From Octopus vulgaris (Eukaryota), in assembly GCA_951406725.2 (NCBI GenBank), contig OX597815.1, positions 64,728,001 through 64,792,000 on the forward strand: 64,000 nt of DNA, read 5' to 3'. The notes under the pieces were generated by a model. It was not told the DNA's origin and searched no databases. It saw only the letters and a list, made by a program, of their open reading frames with translations. Below are positions 41,746 to 56,061 of this stretch, one piece after another. Both the position numbers and the translations under genes were made by a program. Position 1 is the first letter of the stretch, and the number at the start of each line of letters is the position of its first letter.

Positions 41746-42840
41746 TGTGTGCAATGTATATGCCTTGTACTTCATGATATAGCCCTCTATTTTCATTTTC
41801 ACTGTTTTTTATATTCCAACAATTTAAAATATGTGACCTATCTGACTTCCAAAGAGAACAGATTTTGGAGCGCAGATGCCTGGAACTTCGGTTACTAAAG
41901 CAGCTGAATTATTTAATATTTCCAGAAGTAGTCTCAATAATAATGTTGACATTCCAAAACCAAATTAAAACCAGTTCTAACAGGTACAATTGTGGACAGT
42001 GTTTTTATCGAGACACCATCTCTGAATGACTGCTCGCCAAAGCTAAAGATACTCTACACCCTATGTGGTGAGTCTATCCAAGATGTGCGCATAGCAACGA
42101 AACAGTTCTACATGTACAGGTACAGTGTCCGAGTACGGGTGACTGATGGACTTATGTCAAACAGCTGTTATCGTGTAGGGGATTAATCCGACTATCGGCC
42201 GAATCCGTCGTTCCATCACCCACCTTTAACAAGGTTGAGCAGGTGTTCCTCTGTTTAGTGGATATGACGAAAGATGTAGTGTGGTGGACGAGGCTAAAAT
42301 AATTGCGGAAAGACACCTTCCTTGTCGACTTACCTAAGTTTCACTTGGAAAGGAAAATGAGGGTAGAAAGAGTAGTGCTACTCCTAGTGAATTCGTGAAA
42401 AGATGGGTTTCTACGACAAAAAGGGCTAGAGTGAATGGCCCTACTCTAAGCATGCGCCGGTAGGCTGGAGAGCAGGAGAGAGTGCCTTTGATGGTTATGG
42501 TAATCCTAGACCTGTGAGATTTCTTGATCGGCCCTAGTTGAAGTTTCTCCCATTTCAGGAGGACTGCATCATTCATTTGTACAAGTTGGCTCCAAATCTC
42601 ACCCAAAGATTTCGAGACAAGTTTGAGGTTCAAGTTGGTATTATGACTAGGTACCATATTTTTGATTTGCACAGAGTATTGTTCTAGGGAATGTCTGTCA
42701 AAACAAGAAAATTGGAAGTTTGTTTAAAAAGTAATTTGATTATAAGATGACAGTAAACGGTGTTTGCTACTATGTACGTTTAAAATGACTTTTGACAATG
42801 TTTACAGATTAAAATGTTTTGAGGATTACATAGACAGTAT

Positions 42841-43480
42841 TTATCGTAAGATATGAGCATTTCCTATGTGCACTCTCTTTTGAATTTCTTCCAGCTTTGG
42901 ATTTCCTGGTATCTGATATAGATAGAAATCAGCCCCTTTTGCTATCATTTCTAGGGCACCTAGGACAACAGCTATTGTTTTAGTCTTGAGGCTCCACATT
43001 TTGCCAATTTGTATTTTAAAATCTTTATACTTGCTCAACTTTTGGTAGATCTTGACACATTTATGCCGATTAGGACAGCCATATCGATGAGGAGGCAAGA
43101 TTTTTTTTCTGAATCATTCAATGCAATGTCTGGCCTGGTTGCATCTATCTTTCTGTCATTTTGAACAGTAAAGTTTCAAAGCAGTGAGATGTGATCATTT
43201 TCAAGCACAGGAGGTGGTTTGTGTTCCCACCAGTTTTTATCATGAGGCGAGTCCAAGTCTTTGCAAATTACCCATTGAATACACTGTGCTGCTCTATCAT
43301 GCCTGTCGAGATACTCTACGGGCGCAAGATGGCTGTACGTGGAAACAATATGATCGATGGTTTCATTTTGTTGTTTACATACACACGTTAGGCTACTGCC
43401 GTTCTTCAAGACGTTAGCCTGGTAGCTTCGTATGGGTAGGCATTGATCTTGGGCTGCTATGATAAACTCTTCTGTCTGTA
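42841..43480 (-). pseudogene. 3' fragment of an R4/Dong-like RLE retrotransposon
   Basis: EEFIIAAQDQCL, C-x-C..ETIDHIVS, RHDRAA, KLSKYKD..IAVVLGAL in ORFs 43176-43514 and 42841-43098. Confidence 0.75.
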
Positions 43481-44003
43481 TTATTGTTGTTGTTTTTGAT
43501 GCTGGCTTGATCAAGGATGAAGAAGTCTTAACTATGCTCTTTCATTCTTGTCTAATACAAACTTTTTCGCCAAGGCCACCAGAGAAATGAAAACTGCCTG
43601 CCCTTCCTAGCAACATTTACAAGTTTCACTTAAAAAGGAAAACGAGAGTGGAGAGGGAAGTGCTGCATCCCACTATATTTGTTTAGAGGTGGGTGAAAGT
43701 GGCAGGCATGATTCGAGTGACTGGAGCCTTCTCTGAACCTACCCCTGTAGAATGGAGAAGGACGATTTTGAGAGAGCACTTATCTTCGTGGTCAGGGTGA
43801 CTGTGGTTTTGGGGTGTTACCACGCATAGCACTCGAAAGTCTCCCCCACCTTTTGGGGAAATACATCTTTATTTGAATTTATTGATTTTTTACATTTTTG
43901 TTATTTCTTTTGTTTGATGTAATCCAACACTATATCGTCTTGTACTGTGCTCCATCCTTGAGTCAACCTTTGTGGTTGTTATAGAAGTATTAGTATTATT
44001 GAA

Positions 44004-44043
<40 letters not shown>

Positions 44044-44262
44044 GCATAATATTTCTTCCACGAATGTTCAGACATTTCTACATGAAGTGAAACAAATAAT
44101 GAACCAGAAGAAAATGAAGAGAGAGAAGATGGAGAAGGAGGTGTAGATAAAGACGGAGTGAGCGAAGACACAGGGGAGAGGGAAGAAGAGGAAAGGAGAA
44201 GAATGAGAATCAAAAAGCGGAAGGAACGATGAAAAATAAGAAAACGACTGAATGCTGAAACA

Positions 44263-44301
<39 letters not shown>

Positions 44302-44444
44302 ACACACACGTATTCACACAAACACTTTACATGATGCGCAGGCGCGCGCTCAGTAATGGCGTATATTTATCTCCGTTGGAACTATAATATCAAGCAATAA
44401 ACATAGAGAATAGTGAGACAAAAGAAATAAAAGGAAAGGAGAAT

Positions 44445-44489
<45 letters not shown>

Positions 44490-44629
44490 GAGAGTCAGAG
44501 ACAAGCAGAAACAGAGTAAGAGAGGTAGTGAGGGAGAAAGAAAGGCAGAAAGAGTCAAGGATACATGCACATAATGCCTCTGTGTGTGTGTGTCTGTGTG
44601 TGTGTATATATGTGTGTGTGTGTATGTGG

Positions 44630-44673
<44 letters not shown>

Positions 44674-44872
44674 CAGCGTCTGAATATGTTTTTCCGATTT
44701 ATATGAGGTGAATGTGTGCATCTGTGTATGTGTGTCTGATTATATAAGTTTATGAGACTCTCTTTTCCCCTTCCTCTCTCTCTTCCCTTCTCACTCTCTC
44801 TCTCTACATATATATATACACACATATATACATACATAATACATATTTATACATATATAAATATATATGCGT

Positions 44873-44939
<67 letters not shown>

Positions 44940-46089
44940 GTCTAGAGAAGGGGCATGGCCCCTGACCCTTGCAGGAGTTCCGAGTCTAGTGAGACTGATA
45001 CCTTTAATGTTCCGTTTATACATACATATATGTGTGTCTATGCATATGTATGTATGTATGATGTATGTATGTATGTATGTATGTATGTATGTATGTATGT
45101 ATGTATGTATATGTGTATGTGTTTAAAAAGAGGAAGGAGAGAGATGTAACTGAATAAAGCAGACTGGGTAGAGACACAGTGAAAGATTAATGATTAAAGA
45201 AGGAGACTGGCGGAATAGTGAGCGAGTGAGTGAGTGAGGTGAGGTTGGTGTGGGTACGGGTTTTGTTTCGGTGTTGCCCCGTTCCTCCAGGATTTATTAG
45301 ATCAGTTTACTGTTCGACAAGTGACCAAACTCATAAATTCTTGCACTGGAATAAATTATAGATACACCAACTTAAAGAAGCAGCAGTACACCATCCCCAC
45401 CCCACCACCTCCACCACCACCATCACTATTACTACTACTAACATTACCACAATTACCGCTAACGCAACCCGCACCACCAACACCTCAATCACTGCTATCA
45501 CCACCACCATCACTACCACCACTATTACCACCGCTAATACCACCAATACCACCGGCATCACCATTACTACTACTTCCACAAATAACATCCAACACTATTA
45601 CCACCGCACAATACCATCAACACCACTGCTATAACTTGTACTACCACCACCGCCATTACTAGTCCCACTACTACCGCCACTACCACTGGTGTTTTATTGA
45701 TTTCTTTACACTAATGGTATATCTTCTGACGACCCCCCGGAGGCATAAAAGACAGTTGTCTTGAGAGTGGCCTCTTGGGAGATTCCGAATTAAATATTGT
45801 AGTATGTTTGTTCTTGTGTCTCTCGGTTTCAGGAGGTGTAAAGTACTGGGTCCAAAACCTTTCCTGTGCTTACAATGGAGTAACAGAGTTAGGCTGGGGA
45901 TGATAAATGCATCGAATGCCGAAGGAATAATAAAAATGACAACAACGACAAAAACATAAAGTAAACAGGTGTCACTTTAGTCTGCTGGCTGTGGGCAGCT
46001 GACACTTTCCATCATACCCAGCAAAATAAGTTGAGAGTTTTCATCAAATAACAATAATAATAACAATAATAATATGAGAGTTTTCATCA

Positions 46090-46154
<65 letters not shown>

Positions 46155-46155
<1 letters not shown>

Positions 46156-46706
46156 CTGATGCAGTACCAGGCAGTGGCTCTCATGGCTTCTGATTTTAAC
46201 TGATTGGAAGTGTCATCATGTACATTGTTTTGTCTTGGTATAAAAGATGGGCTACAGCAAATATTCTGCTCAATACCACAGATTTGCTTGTCAGTTGTTT
46301 GACCTTAACCAGTTGAGCATGTCCCTTAGTGGCTGACAATACGTACATCTCTGATCACGAGCAGAAGTAGTGGGGGAGCAGTATAGCCATGTGTTGAGAG
46401 GGATTCTTCGGAGTTTGAATAATTCACCTCTGGAAACATAGGTGTTTCGTTCAACATCCTAAAGCAACCCTTATTCAGGGACCTTTTGAGCAGGATGGGC
46501 TACTCTACCTGAAGAAAATTCTAACTGGGCCCCACATGCAAGGTCATGTGCTGTTTATCTTGATATGAGATCACCATGTCGCGCACATATGGTTGTGATG
46601 CATGTGCCTGGTGTACCCTTATCAGACGGGTAGTCATGATGGGTATGCTGGGCTTCGTATATTTTACGCCAGTGTCACTTTGATGGCATGCACTGCTCTC
46701 TCACTC

Positions 46707-46740
<34 letters not shown>
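46155..46740 (+). mobile_element. Unclassified ~550-bp element between (TAA)n runs
   Basis: Higher-GC island sharply bounded by (TAA)n on both sides; probably a retroposon 3' end (inference). Confidence 0.4.
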
Positions 46741-46745
<5 letters not shown>

Positions 46746-46759
46746 GTAAATAAATAATA

Positions 46760-48076
46760 AAAATACCTTGGTGTACTAGAGTTCAACTAGATAATGGAGA
46801 AGGAAATGAAAGAGCAGTTAAGGATGGAATATTTCCAAAGAATAAGGCTGGTGTTTCGCTCAAAATTGACTGGATTGAATAAAATCTAAGCAGTAATTAC
46901 GTGGGCGATAGCATCACTCTGGAATAGAGCAGGAATCATAAAATGGCAAAAGTGAGAAGCGATGAAAATGGATACCAAAACCAGAAAAATGTTGTCAATA
47001 CACGGAGCCTTCCACCCTAAGAGTGACAACGATAGGCTGTAATTGTCCAGAAGAAAGGGTGGGGGTGGTTTGATCAGTTGCTAGGATTGTATCAAAGCAG
47101 AGGAAAACAGCTTAGGGTGGTATATAAAAAATGCTGTGGCGTCATGAAAACTGAAAATTATGTAATGAAAGAAAAATTTGAACAAAAAAATGAACAACAA
47201 ATAGAGAAGGCCTAGAAGGAAAAAATATACTGTCAGGTCGCAAGAGATGTGAACGCCAAGACGGATACAGAAGACTGGTGGTTATGGATGAGGAGGAGTG
47301 ACTAGACGATAGAGACAGAAGCACTTATATGCGCAGCTCAAGAACAAGCGTTAAGGACCAACAATGTGAAGTTCAGAATAGACAACACTACTGACAGTGA
47401 CAAACGCAGAATGTGTGGTGAGAGGAGTGAAAGGTATGGCACATCGTTAGCGGATGCCCGAAATTGGCACAACGCGAATACAAAAAAAGACGACATGACA
47501 ATGTGACAAGAATGATCCATTGGGAGCTCTGTGGAAATCACGGCCTACAAAAGCAAAGACGTGGCATAAGCAAACCCCAGAAGGAGTCACCGAGAATGAG
47601 AATAGCAAAATACTGTGGGATGCAATGATCCAGTGCGATCATCCGACCGGACATCGGAAACCGGTCATTGTTGTGGTGAATAAAGAAGGAAGAGCATGTA
47701 TGATAATCGATATAGCACGCCCCTATGAAAACGGGATCAATGTGAAAGAAGAAAAAGTAAACAACTATGACGATTTGAAGTGGGAAATACGATCGTTGTG
47801 GTCAATGAAGAGAGTAGACGTGATACCAATAGTAATTGGTGCACTTGGAAGTATCAGCACTCAACTACCAACATGGCTGAAAAAGGTTGGTACAAGTGTG
47901 AAGGTAGAACACCTACAAAAATCAGCATTGCTTGGAACTGGAAAAATTCTTCGCAGCGTTCTTGAAGCATGACCAGTAAGAAAGTGTCACCTTCGTCTGC
48001 TAGCTGTGGACAGCTAACACTTTCCATCATACCCAGTAAAATAAACTGTGAGTTTTTATCACATAATAATAATAAA
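46760..48076 (+). pseudogene. 5'-truncated R4/Dong-like RLE retrotransposon with (TAA)n tail
   Basis: YLGVLE, SRRKGGGGL, ETEALICAAQEQALRT, CRMC, RHDNV, ILWD..RKP.IVVV..IIDIA..VIPIVIGALG (ORF 47520-47972). The 3'UTR ends in TAA repeats and the copy starts next to (TAA)n. A solo copy of the 3'UTR lies at 45969-46063. Confidence 0.8.
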
Positions 48077-50499
48077 CCTTTCAACTATAGGCATGGGGCC
48101 TGAAATTTTAGGGGAGAAGCTTGTCGATTATTGGTACTTTTTATATCGACACTGAAAGGATGTAAAGCAAAGTCGACCTCGATGACATTTAAACCCAGAA
48201 CGTAAAACTGGAGGAAATGCTGCTACGCAAGGGTTGAGAAAATCATTGAGGATGGTACAGAATGAGGTACTGTGGAATCACACATAAACGTGTGTAACAA
48301 GGAAAATAACAGAAACAAAAATAAACAATAGATTCAAAGAATGTTTTCAAAAGGGAGGAGACCTACAAGACTACTCGTAAAGACCCCACAAATTCACTAA
48401 GGCAAGTGCCGCCTTTCAGTTCTCTTCCCCCAGTCTGCTGGTGCATGCTCAGAGGGAGCCCGTTCATTCGGAGTATACTTGAGACTCTCATCCCCCTTCA
48501 TCAAATTTACTGGGAAGCAGCACTTCCTTACTACTACTACGACTACTACTACTATTACTACTGCTGCTACTACTACTATATAATACTACCACCACCACTA
48601 CAGTCAGGAGGCTTCGAGGTAATCAGCGTTTCCACAGTTATGGCATCTAGGTCTTCTGCCCTCCACTACCACCTGCAGTCGCTTCTTTCCTGGAAGTAGG
48701 TTATGGATTTTCTCTCGTGCCTCAGTTCACACCTCAAAATTTTCCTTTCAGAATATTTGTATTTCCTGCAGCGTTCTAGAGTCCTCCAGTAGAACACATT
48801 TCTCCGCTCACCAGAAGTTTAGTTCTGGAAATTTTTGCTCTGATAATTCTTCAATTAAAGTAAATTGGTATCAGCTAAAATTTCTCAGTCTTATGTGGGA
48901 TGTGAGACGTTGGACACCGTCTGGAGAAAGCTTCTGAATGAAAAGTAACTCGAATACAACTAAATTGGTTGGCACGTACTACGGAGTCTATGTCTTTCCA
49001 GACACTTTTCAAACAGTGTTCAGCTTGTCCTGGAGATATTCACTCCAGTTTGTGCCTCTTCAACGAATTCATCTGTACACCATTGTATTTTTCTATGGTA
49101 TCGTGAATGTACATTTTCATATTAGTTTGTTGCTATGTCTTCTACTTCGAGATATTTATATTTTTATCCAATGGAACGAAATCAAAAGTTTTAGCAACAC
49201 CAGCAAATGACGTGCTTCCACTGCTGCTACTGTCATCTTTATTGTTGCTGCTACTGTCATTTATGGTGTAGCGGGAGTGGTTTCATTGCCGCTACCATAA
49301 TTTGTTGCTACATTGAGGAAAGCAGCGACAATGACTGTTGTGACAGTCACTTTGAATAACATGTGCAATCCATTTGACAGACTTTCTCACAGTTTCCAGC
49401 AACTGGTCAATTTCATCCACACAAACAAAAGCGTTGAACAAAACACCTTGATGAAAAATATAACCAAAATATAAGTACTTATTTAAAATCTTTGTATTCG
49501 TTCTGGCACGGTATGTTCTGAGGTTAACTGCCGGAGTTAACTTTGCTTTACCATCTCTCCAGGGTCGATAAAATAAAATAGCAGTCACGTACTGGGGGTC
49601 GATGATATCAACTAACACACTGCCCTCAAAACTGCTGACCTAAACTATAAAAGGGCTGTGAATTAGCAGAATTGTCAGCGCATCGGACAGTATGTCTTGT
49701 GACAATTCTTCTAACTCTGAATGTTCTGAGTTCATATACCGTCGCGGTTACCTTTATCTTTTCCTTTCTCCGGGTTCGACAAAACAATGTATGATTCAAG
49801 TACTGAAGTTCATGGTATCAACTAATCCCCTCCCTTCAAAATTGCCGGCCTTGTGCCTAAATTAGAAACAATTAAGTTGAGCAAGAATTTCGGTTTTAGT
49901 AGCGGCTTTTTGCGTTCTCAAATCTGACGAGGTCGATGTTGTTTTTAATTCTACATTAAGTAAAATAAATTACTTGTCAAGTATTGGGAATCGATCTAAC
50001 TAACAACTCTATCCAGAAAGATATTAGCCTTGTGCCAATGTCAGAAACGATTGTTAATACGAGGAGGGTGGATGACCATTTTGTGGTCAACACGAACGCC
50101 ACTAGTTCCCAGTTAATTCTAACAGAGAGTAAGTGACGCTCATTCTGAAAAAATAACCAAAATATAAGTATTTTTAAATCTCTGCCCACAGATCAGAGCA
50201 GGCTTGAGTATAATGCTTTACTGATGAGGTGTAATATGACTGGAGAAAGCCCGTAGCTGTTACTTTGTTTACTAACAAATATTAGATTTTATTTCTAATC
50301 ATGAAAATTTAATTTTCTACTAAATTAATCCTAAAATTTCTTGAAATTATCTCCCTTTTTTTCTCTTCGAAAGTTGCTAGCATCTGCCACTTGAGTTTCG
50401 TTTTCTTTCTGCCACTAAGTGGTTAATTTCGGTACGTTTAGAATTTTTTCGTGCGCATCATTTAGTACATTACCACCTGCCTGATTTACAACTAGTACT

Positions 50500-51297
50500 G
50501 TTGGCACTGGTAGTGGTGTTGGTGGCGGTGCTATCGTTGGTGGCGGTGCTATCGTTGGTGGCGGTGCTATCGTTGGTGGCGGTGCTGTCATTGGTAGAAG
50601 TGCTGCCGTTGGTGGTGGTGCTGTTGTTGGTGGCGGTGCTGGCGTTGGTGCCGGTGGCGCTGGTTGGAGATGGTGGTGAGATTGTAGCTGTTACTAATTT
50701 GTTGCTACTTTCTCAGTTGTTGAGGTTTATTATTATTATTGTTGTTGTTGTTGTTGTTTTTATTGAAGTTTTTATTCTATGGTGTTATTGTTGTGGTTGT
50801 TGTTGTTGTTGTTGTTGTTTTTCCATGACAAGACAAGTAGAGTCTTATTAAATTTATGAAAATTTAACCAGACAAACGTTAATTCGTTTTACTCAAGTTA
50901 ACACCTCCACCTCCACCTTCAGTACGGCTACTATTTATGTTGTTTGCTCTTGTTACTGTTATTGTTAATGACAACGGCGATGATGATGATGATAATGATG
51001 ATGATGATGATGACGACGACGACGACGATAATGATGATGATGACGATGATGATGATGATTGCGAGGACGACGCCAACGATTACAAAGGTGATGATGCTGC
51101 TGCTGATGATGATGATGACTTTTGTTGCTATTGGTGTTGTTATTGTTGTTATTTAGAGTGTGCTTAGGGCCTTCTCGTTTTGGTGTCATCATCCTCTCCT
51201 GTTTGTTATGGTTGTTATTGTTATTGCTGTTGTTAATGTTACTGCTCTACTTTCTCTTGACATTACGTTCTCTCGTTCGTCTCGTAACGTTTGTTTA

Positions 51298-51330
<33 letters not shown>

Positions 51331-51361
51331 GCTGCTGCTGCTGATACTACTACTACTACTT

Positions 51362-51395
<34 letters not shown>

Positions 51396-53760
51396 CTGGT
51401 GGTGGTGGTGGTGGTGGTGGTGGTGATGGTGGTGGTGATGGTTGTGTTGCTGATGTTGATGCTGGTGCTAGTAGTAGTAGTAGTAGTAGTAGTAGTTGTT
51501 GTTGTTGTTGTTGTTGTGGCGGTGGTAGTGGAAGTGTTGGCGGCAGTGATGGCGGTTCATTTAATAGCTGTAGTGTCTGATATTGGCCTCCGTTCTCTTG
51601 TAGATTTTAATTTTGCATTTGCCGCCATTTGTATTCGTTATAAATATATTGTTTGTGGTTGTCGTTGTTGCTGTTGTTATTGTTGTTGAAGTTGTTATTG
51701 TTGCCGATTCTATTGTTGTTCGTTTCTTGTTTATTGATTTATTTTTGTGGGGAGAGGGGAGGGGCGGAGGGGAGAGAGAAATGTTGATTTTCTGTCTTTT
51801 GTTGGTGTTTTTCTTATTTTCTTTTTTTTACTCTCATTGTTTTTCATTATTTCCCTTTATTTCATTACTTTCATTTCTTTTTCTTTTTTTTCGTCACATT
51901 TCGTTGTTTTCTTTTTTAATTTATATTTATTGTTGCTTTTCTTTTGTTTTACTCCAAGTACGAAGTTTTTGGTTGTCGTTTTGTTTTTGTTTTCTTTTTT
52001 CAATAATGTAACGTTGCTGTTACTATTTACTTTGTTTTTCTTTTTGTTAATGTTATTATTGTAGTCAGTTTTGTCGTTGTTGTTGTTGTTCTTATTGTTG
52101 TTGTTGTTGTTGCTGCTGTTGATCGTGATGGTGATGGTAATGCTGCTGCCATAGTCTGAGGACCAGCTGCGATCGGTGATGTGGCTGATATTGATTGATT
52201 ATTTGTGCATACTTTATTGTGAGGTGTGGTGCGGTATGGGCGGCATAGAGAAGGGGGTGTAATACGGTGTGGTGCAGCAGTGTGGGGAGAGTTGGTAACT
52301 GTAATAGCTGTGTCAGTGAGGACATTGGTTGTGATGATAATGGATGTGAGCTCAAATAGATGCGATAACAAATCTCGTTGTAGTGGTTATTATGTTGATG
52401 GCTGGGAAAGTATAAAGGTATTGGCAATGGCTGAAAATGTCTGACGACACTGGCTACTGTGGAAATGTCTGTGGCGGTACAGGTTACGATGGCAATGTCT
52501 GTGACAGTTCTGAATGTGATGGTGATGGTTGTAGAGGTACTTGCTAAGACAGGGATGATTATGAGGTAGTGACTATGATGATGTTGGATGTGACAATACT
52601 AGCTACGATAGTGGCATATTTGATAGTACTTCCATTGTTGGAGGAAAGCTGCAATATTATTATAAGAGTAAAGTCTGTGATGAGTATTGCAATGATAATA
52701 CTGACCAATAAAGTTGATGGCTGTCATTGTTGTTAATAACGATGATGATGACAACGACGGTAGCAGCGGCGGCGGCGGTGGTGGTGGTGGTGGCTATGAC
52801 AGTAGCAGTGGTGGTGATGGGGTGGGAGCTGCTGCTGCTGCTATTGGTTCTAGCTGTGATCGTGATAGTTGTAACGTCGCTGGCTGTGAAGGTGACAGTT
52901 GTGACAGTTCCCGCCATGATGTTTCTGTCTGCGAAGACAATAATGAAAAGAGTGTTGACTGTGACGATTGGCTAAAATGTTCACAGTCGTAATGGTATTG
53001 GTTACCATAGTGATGGCTATTATGATGATGATGGTGGTGATGATGATGATGACGACGACGATGACGACGACGACGATGCCAATGCCTGTAACAATACCGT
53101 CTAGAATGGTGAGAAATTTATGGTAGTACTAGCTATGGTAATAGTGGCTATGACAATACCAGCTAATGACAGTGATGGCTGCGACAGTCCAAACTAAGAT
53201 TGCGCCGTTTGTGGTGGGTCTTGATATTGCAAAGAAGTCTGTAATGATATGGAAAGGGGTGTTGCTAATATGTATGCTATGAATACTATGACGGTACGGG
53301 TTATGTAAGAGATGAGTAATTGAACTCGTTATGATGGTGATAATTGTGATGACACTTGTTATGATTGTCATTACTTTGAACGAACTAGCTATGATAATGA
53401 TAGTGCAATGATGAGCTAGACTATGATGGTGATGACTTTGACAGTACTAGTTATGATGGTGGTGTATGTGGTAGTGTTATTTATAACCATGAGAACTATG
53501 AGCGTATTAGCTATGATAGCTATGGTTCTGACAGTACTAGTTACGATAATGATATTTGTGATGGTTCTGATTAGGATATACATGGATATGATGGTAGTGG
53601 CTTTGAAGGTCATGTGATGCTAATAGCTATGATGGAGATGACTGTGATAGTAGAAACTATGATAGTAATAGTTCTGACAGATGATTGTAACTGTATTAAT
53701 CGTAAAGGAGATAACTAACTATGATAGTGCAAGTTATGATTGTCATAACTGTGACGGTAC
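50500..53760. repeat. Low-complexity trinucleotide region (GGT/GTT/GAT/GCT/AGT)
   Basis: Directly visible; includes an 18-bp tandem GGTGGCGGTGCTATCGTT at ~50521-50590. Confidence 0.85.
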
Positions 53761-54465
53761 TGGCTGACATTAAGAAGCATTCCTCTTTCCTCATCTAACA
53801 TTGTCTAATCTTTTAGCAGCTAAAAATGGTGACCTGCTTTGGGGATATTCAAAATTACTGTTCTATGTAGTTGGTATTTAAATTCCATGTCAACCAGTGT
53901 GGGGAATTCTTTCTCTAACCTTCCAGAAAGAATAGAGGATTTCTCTCAAATCACACCTTGCCTAATTAAAAGAAAGAGGAGTCTTGATTACAGTATTCCT
54001 GGAAATTAGACAGAATGTCCACAGTAGGAAAGCATTTTACTCATGGGTTTACTCCATCAGAGATAACTTGGGATTAGGTAACTTGGGATTAGGTAACTTG
54101 GGAATAATAACTAAATTCTGTATTGTTTAGTTGCAAATTAGTGTTTATTATGTAAAAACTTAAGGCAGCGACCTGGCAGAGTCATAAGCACGCAGGCAAA
54201 ACTCTTATCGGCATTTCTTCCGGTTTTACGTTCTGAGTTCAAATTCTACCAAGGTCGACTTTGCTTTTCATCGTTTTGAGGTCGATAAAATAAGTACCAC
54301 TTGTGTACTGGTGCCGATGTAATCCACTTAATTCCAGCCCCTGAAATTGCTGGCTCTGTACCGAAATTTGAAGCCGTCATGTAAAAATTTCTATTATTCA
54401 TATATTATTTGCATGTTTACAAATCAATTATTTGTCATTCGCATATTTTTCATAATTAGTTTTTC

Positions 54466-54531
<66 letters not shown>

Positions 54532-54559
54532 TATATATGAATATATATATATGAATATT

Positions 54560-54649
<90 letters not shown>

Positions 54650-55765
54650 TAGAAAAGAGTGAAAAAACTACAGAAGGCTTGTTTTATAAGAAAATATTTA
54701 AGTCGTTGTGTCAGAAGAATGTTATAAAATTTTGCATATAGTAACATAGTTTTTGAAGAAATTACCGGTTTCGTGTTAACTTTTAAAATTTCTCAAATGT
54801 CTTTACCTACATCGTGTCATGTCTTCGTTATGCAGTGCAAAGAAGAGTTCCAGGCAGGGGGAGGTAATAAGCGATTTCTTCCGGTATAAGGGAGATAATC
54901 GCTTTATATTTCTTTTCCCTTATTTAATGAGATGAGTTTCTCTGTATGAGAATGTTAGGATGGTTAAGTTTAGGCTTATATTTTTCAATGAAGAATGTTT
55001 CCTTGTTTAATCTAATTTGTGTTGGTGTTCCAATGTGCTATTGGAACACCAACACAAATTAAATTAAACAAGGAAACATTACTGCTCTATGCTTTAGAGC
55101 ATACATCTTTTTTTCATGTGTGTGTGCGCGCGCGCGCGTGTGTGTGTGTGTGTGTGCATATTAATAGCCGATATAAACTCGGTTGGTTAGCTGGTTGGTT
55201 AGTTGATTGATTCTCCAGTCATGTTTTACTTTGTATACAAAGCCATGTGGAACAGAGTAAAAAAGAAATAGAAAGAGAGTTAACATAAGTGGTGCAGTAT
55301 AAGTGTGCATACTCGGCTTGATGGCACGCAATGAGTAAATGAACGTTATACACAAATACACACTCATTGAAAGAAGGAATCAGAGACAGAGGAGGAGGAA
55401 AGGGAGTAAATGACAGTTTAGTTTTGGGAGGAGTGTTACAAATGATAAAATTATTTCATTTAATATAATTTTAAGGTAATGAATGTTTTTTCTTTTAAAA
55501 TTTATCATTTATTTCATCATATTTTATAAAAATTAAGAAATTTGGTAAAAGTTAAATTAAAATTATTGTAAGTATGACATATTTCCTGATATTACCTCTA
55601 TGGTGGTAAGAGTGAGTGTGTGTGTGCGTGCGCGCGTGCTTTTGTGCGCTTGTGTGTGTGAGTGTGCGTATGTGCGCGTGTGTGTGTTTGTATGTGTATG
55701 TGTGAAAGTGGGTACTGAGATAAGCGTGTTAGACATCAGCTAAAAAGTTTGTTGTTGTTATTTAA

Positions 55766-56061
55766 ATTATTTACACATTGACGGATATTTGTCCTCATCT
55801 TGTTTGTTGTTAACACCACATTTCGACTGATATACCCTCCAGCCTTCATCAGGTGTCTTAGGGAAATTTCGAACCTGGGTTCTCACTCCTAAAGTATTTT
55901 TCGACGTTGTTGTTGTTGTTGTTGTTGTTATTATTATCATTATCATTCAAGTCACTGCTTGGATTCGAACTCGGAATCTTGGGATTAGTAGCCCGAGCTC
56001 TTTGCCACTATGCCATATGCCTAGACAAGATGAGGACAAATATCCGTCAGTCGTAAATAAT
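55766..56061 (-). mobile_element. Short element: tRNA-like head plus degenerate hammerhead, bounded by inverted repeats
   Basis: A perfect 25-bp inverted repeat at 55779-55803/56025-56049. The minus strand has GGCATAGTGG...GAGTTCGAATCC (A/B box-like, ~56014-55955), then GACAC-CUGAUGA-A-GGCUG..CAGUC-GAAA-UG-UG-GUGUU (55857-55812). Confidence 0.65.

Noticed and set aside
50501-53617. Hydrophobic or poly-D/H/S ORFs
   Set aside because: They derive from trinucleotide low-complexity sequence, with open frames on both strands and no domain or splice evidence.
55955-56014. Genuine tRNA gene
   Set aside because: A- and B-box-like motifs are present but there is no intact acceptor stem, and it is embedded in a repeat element; treated as a SINE-type head.
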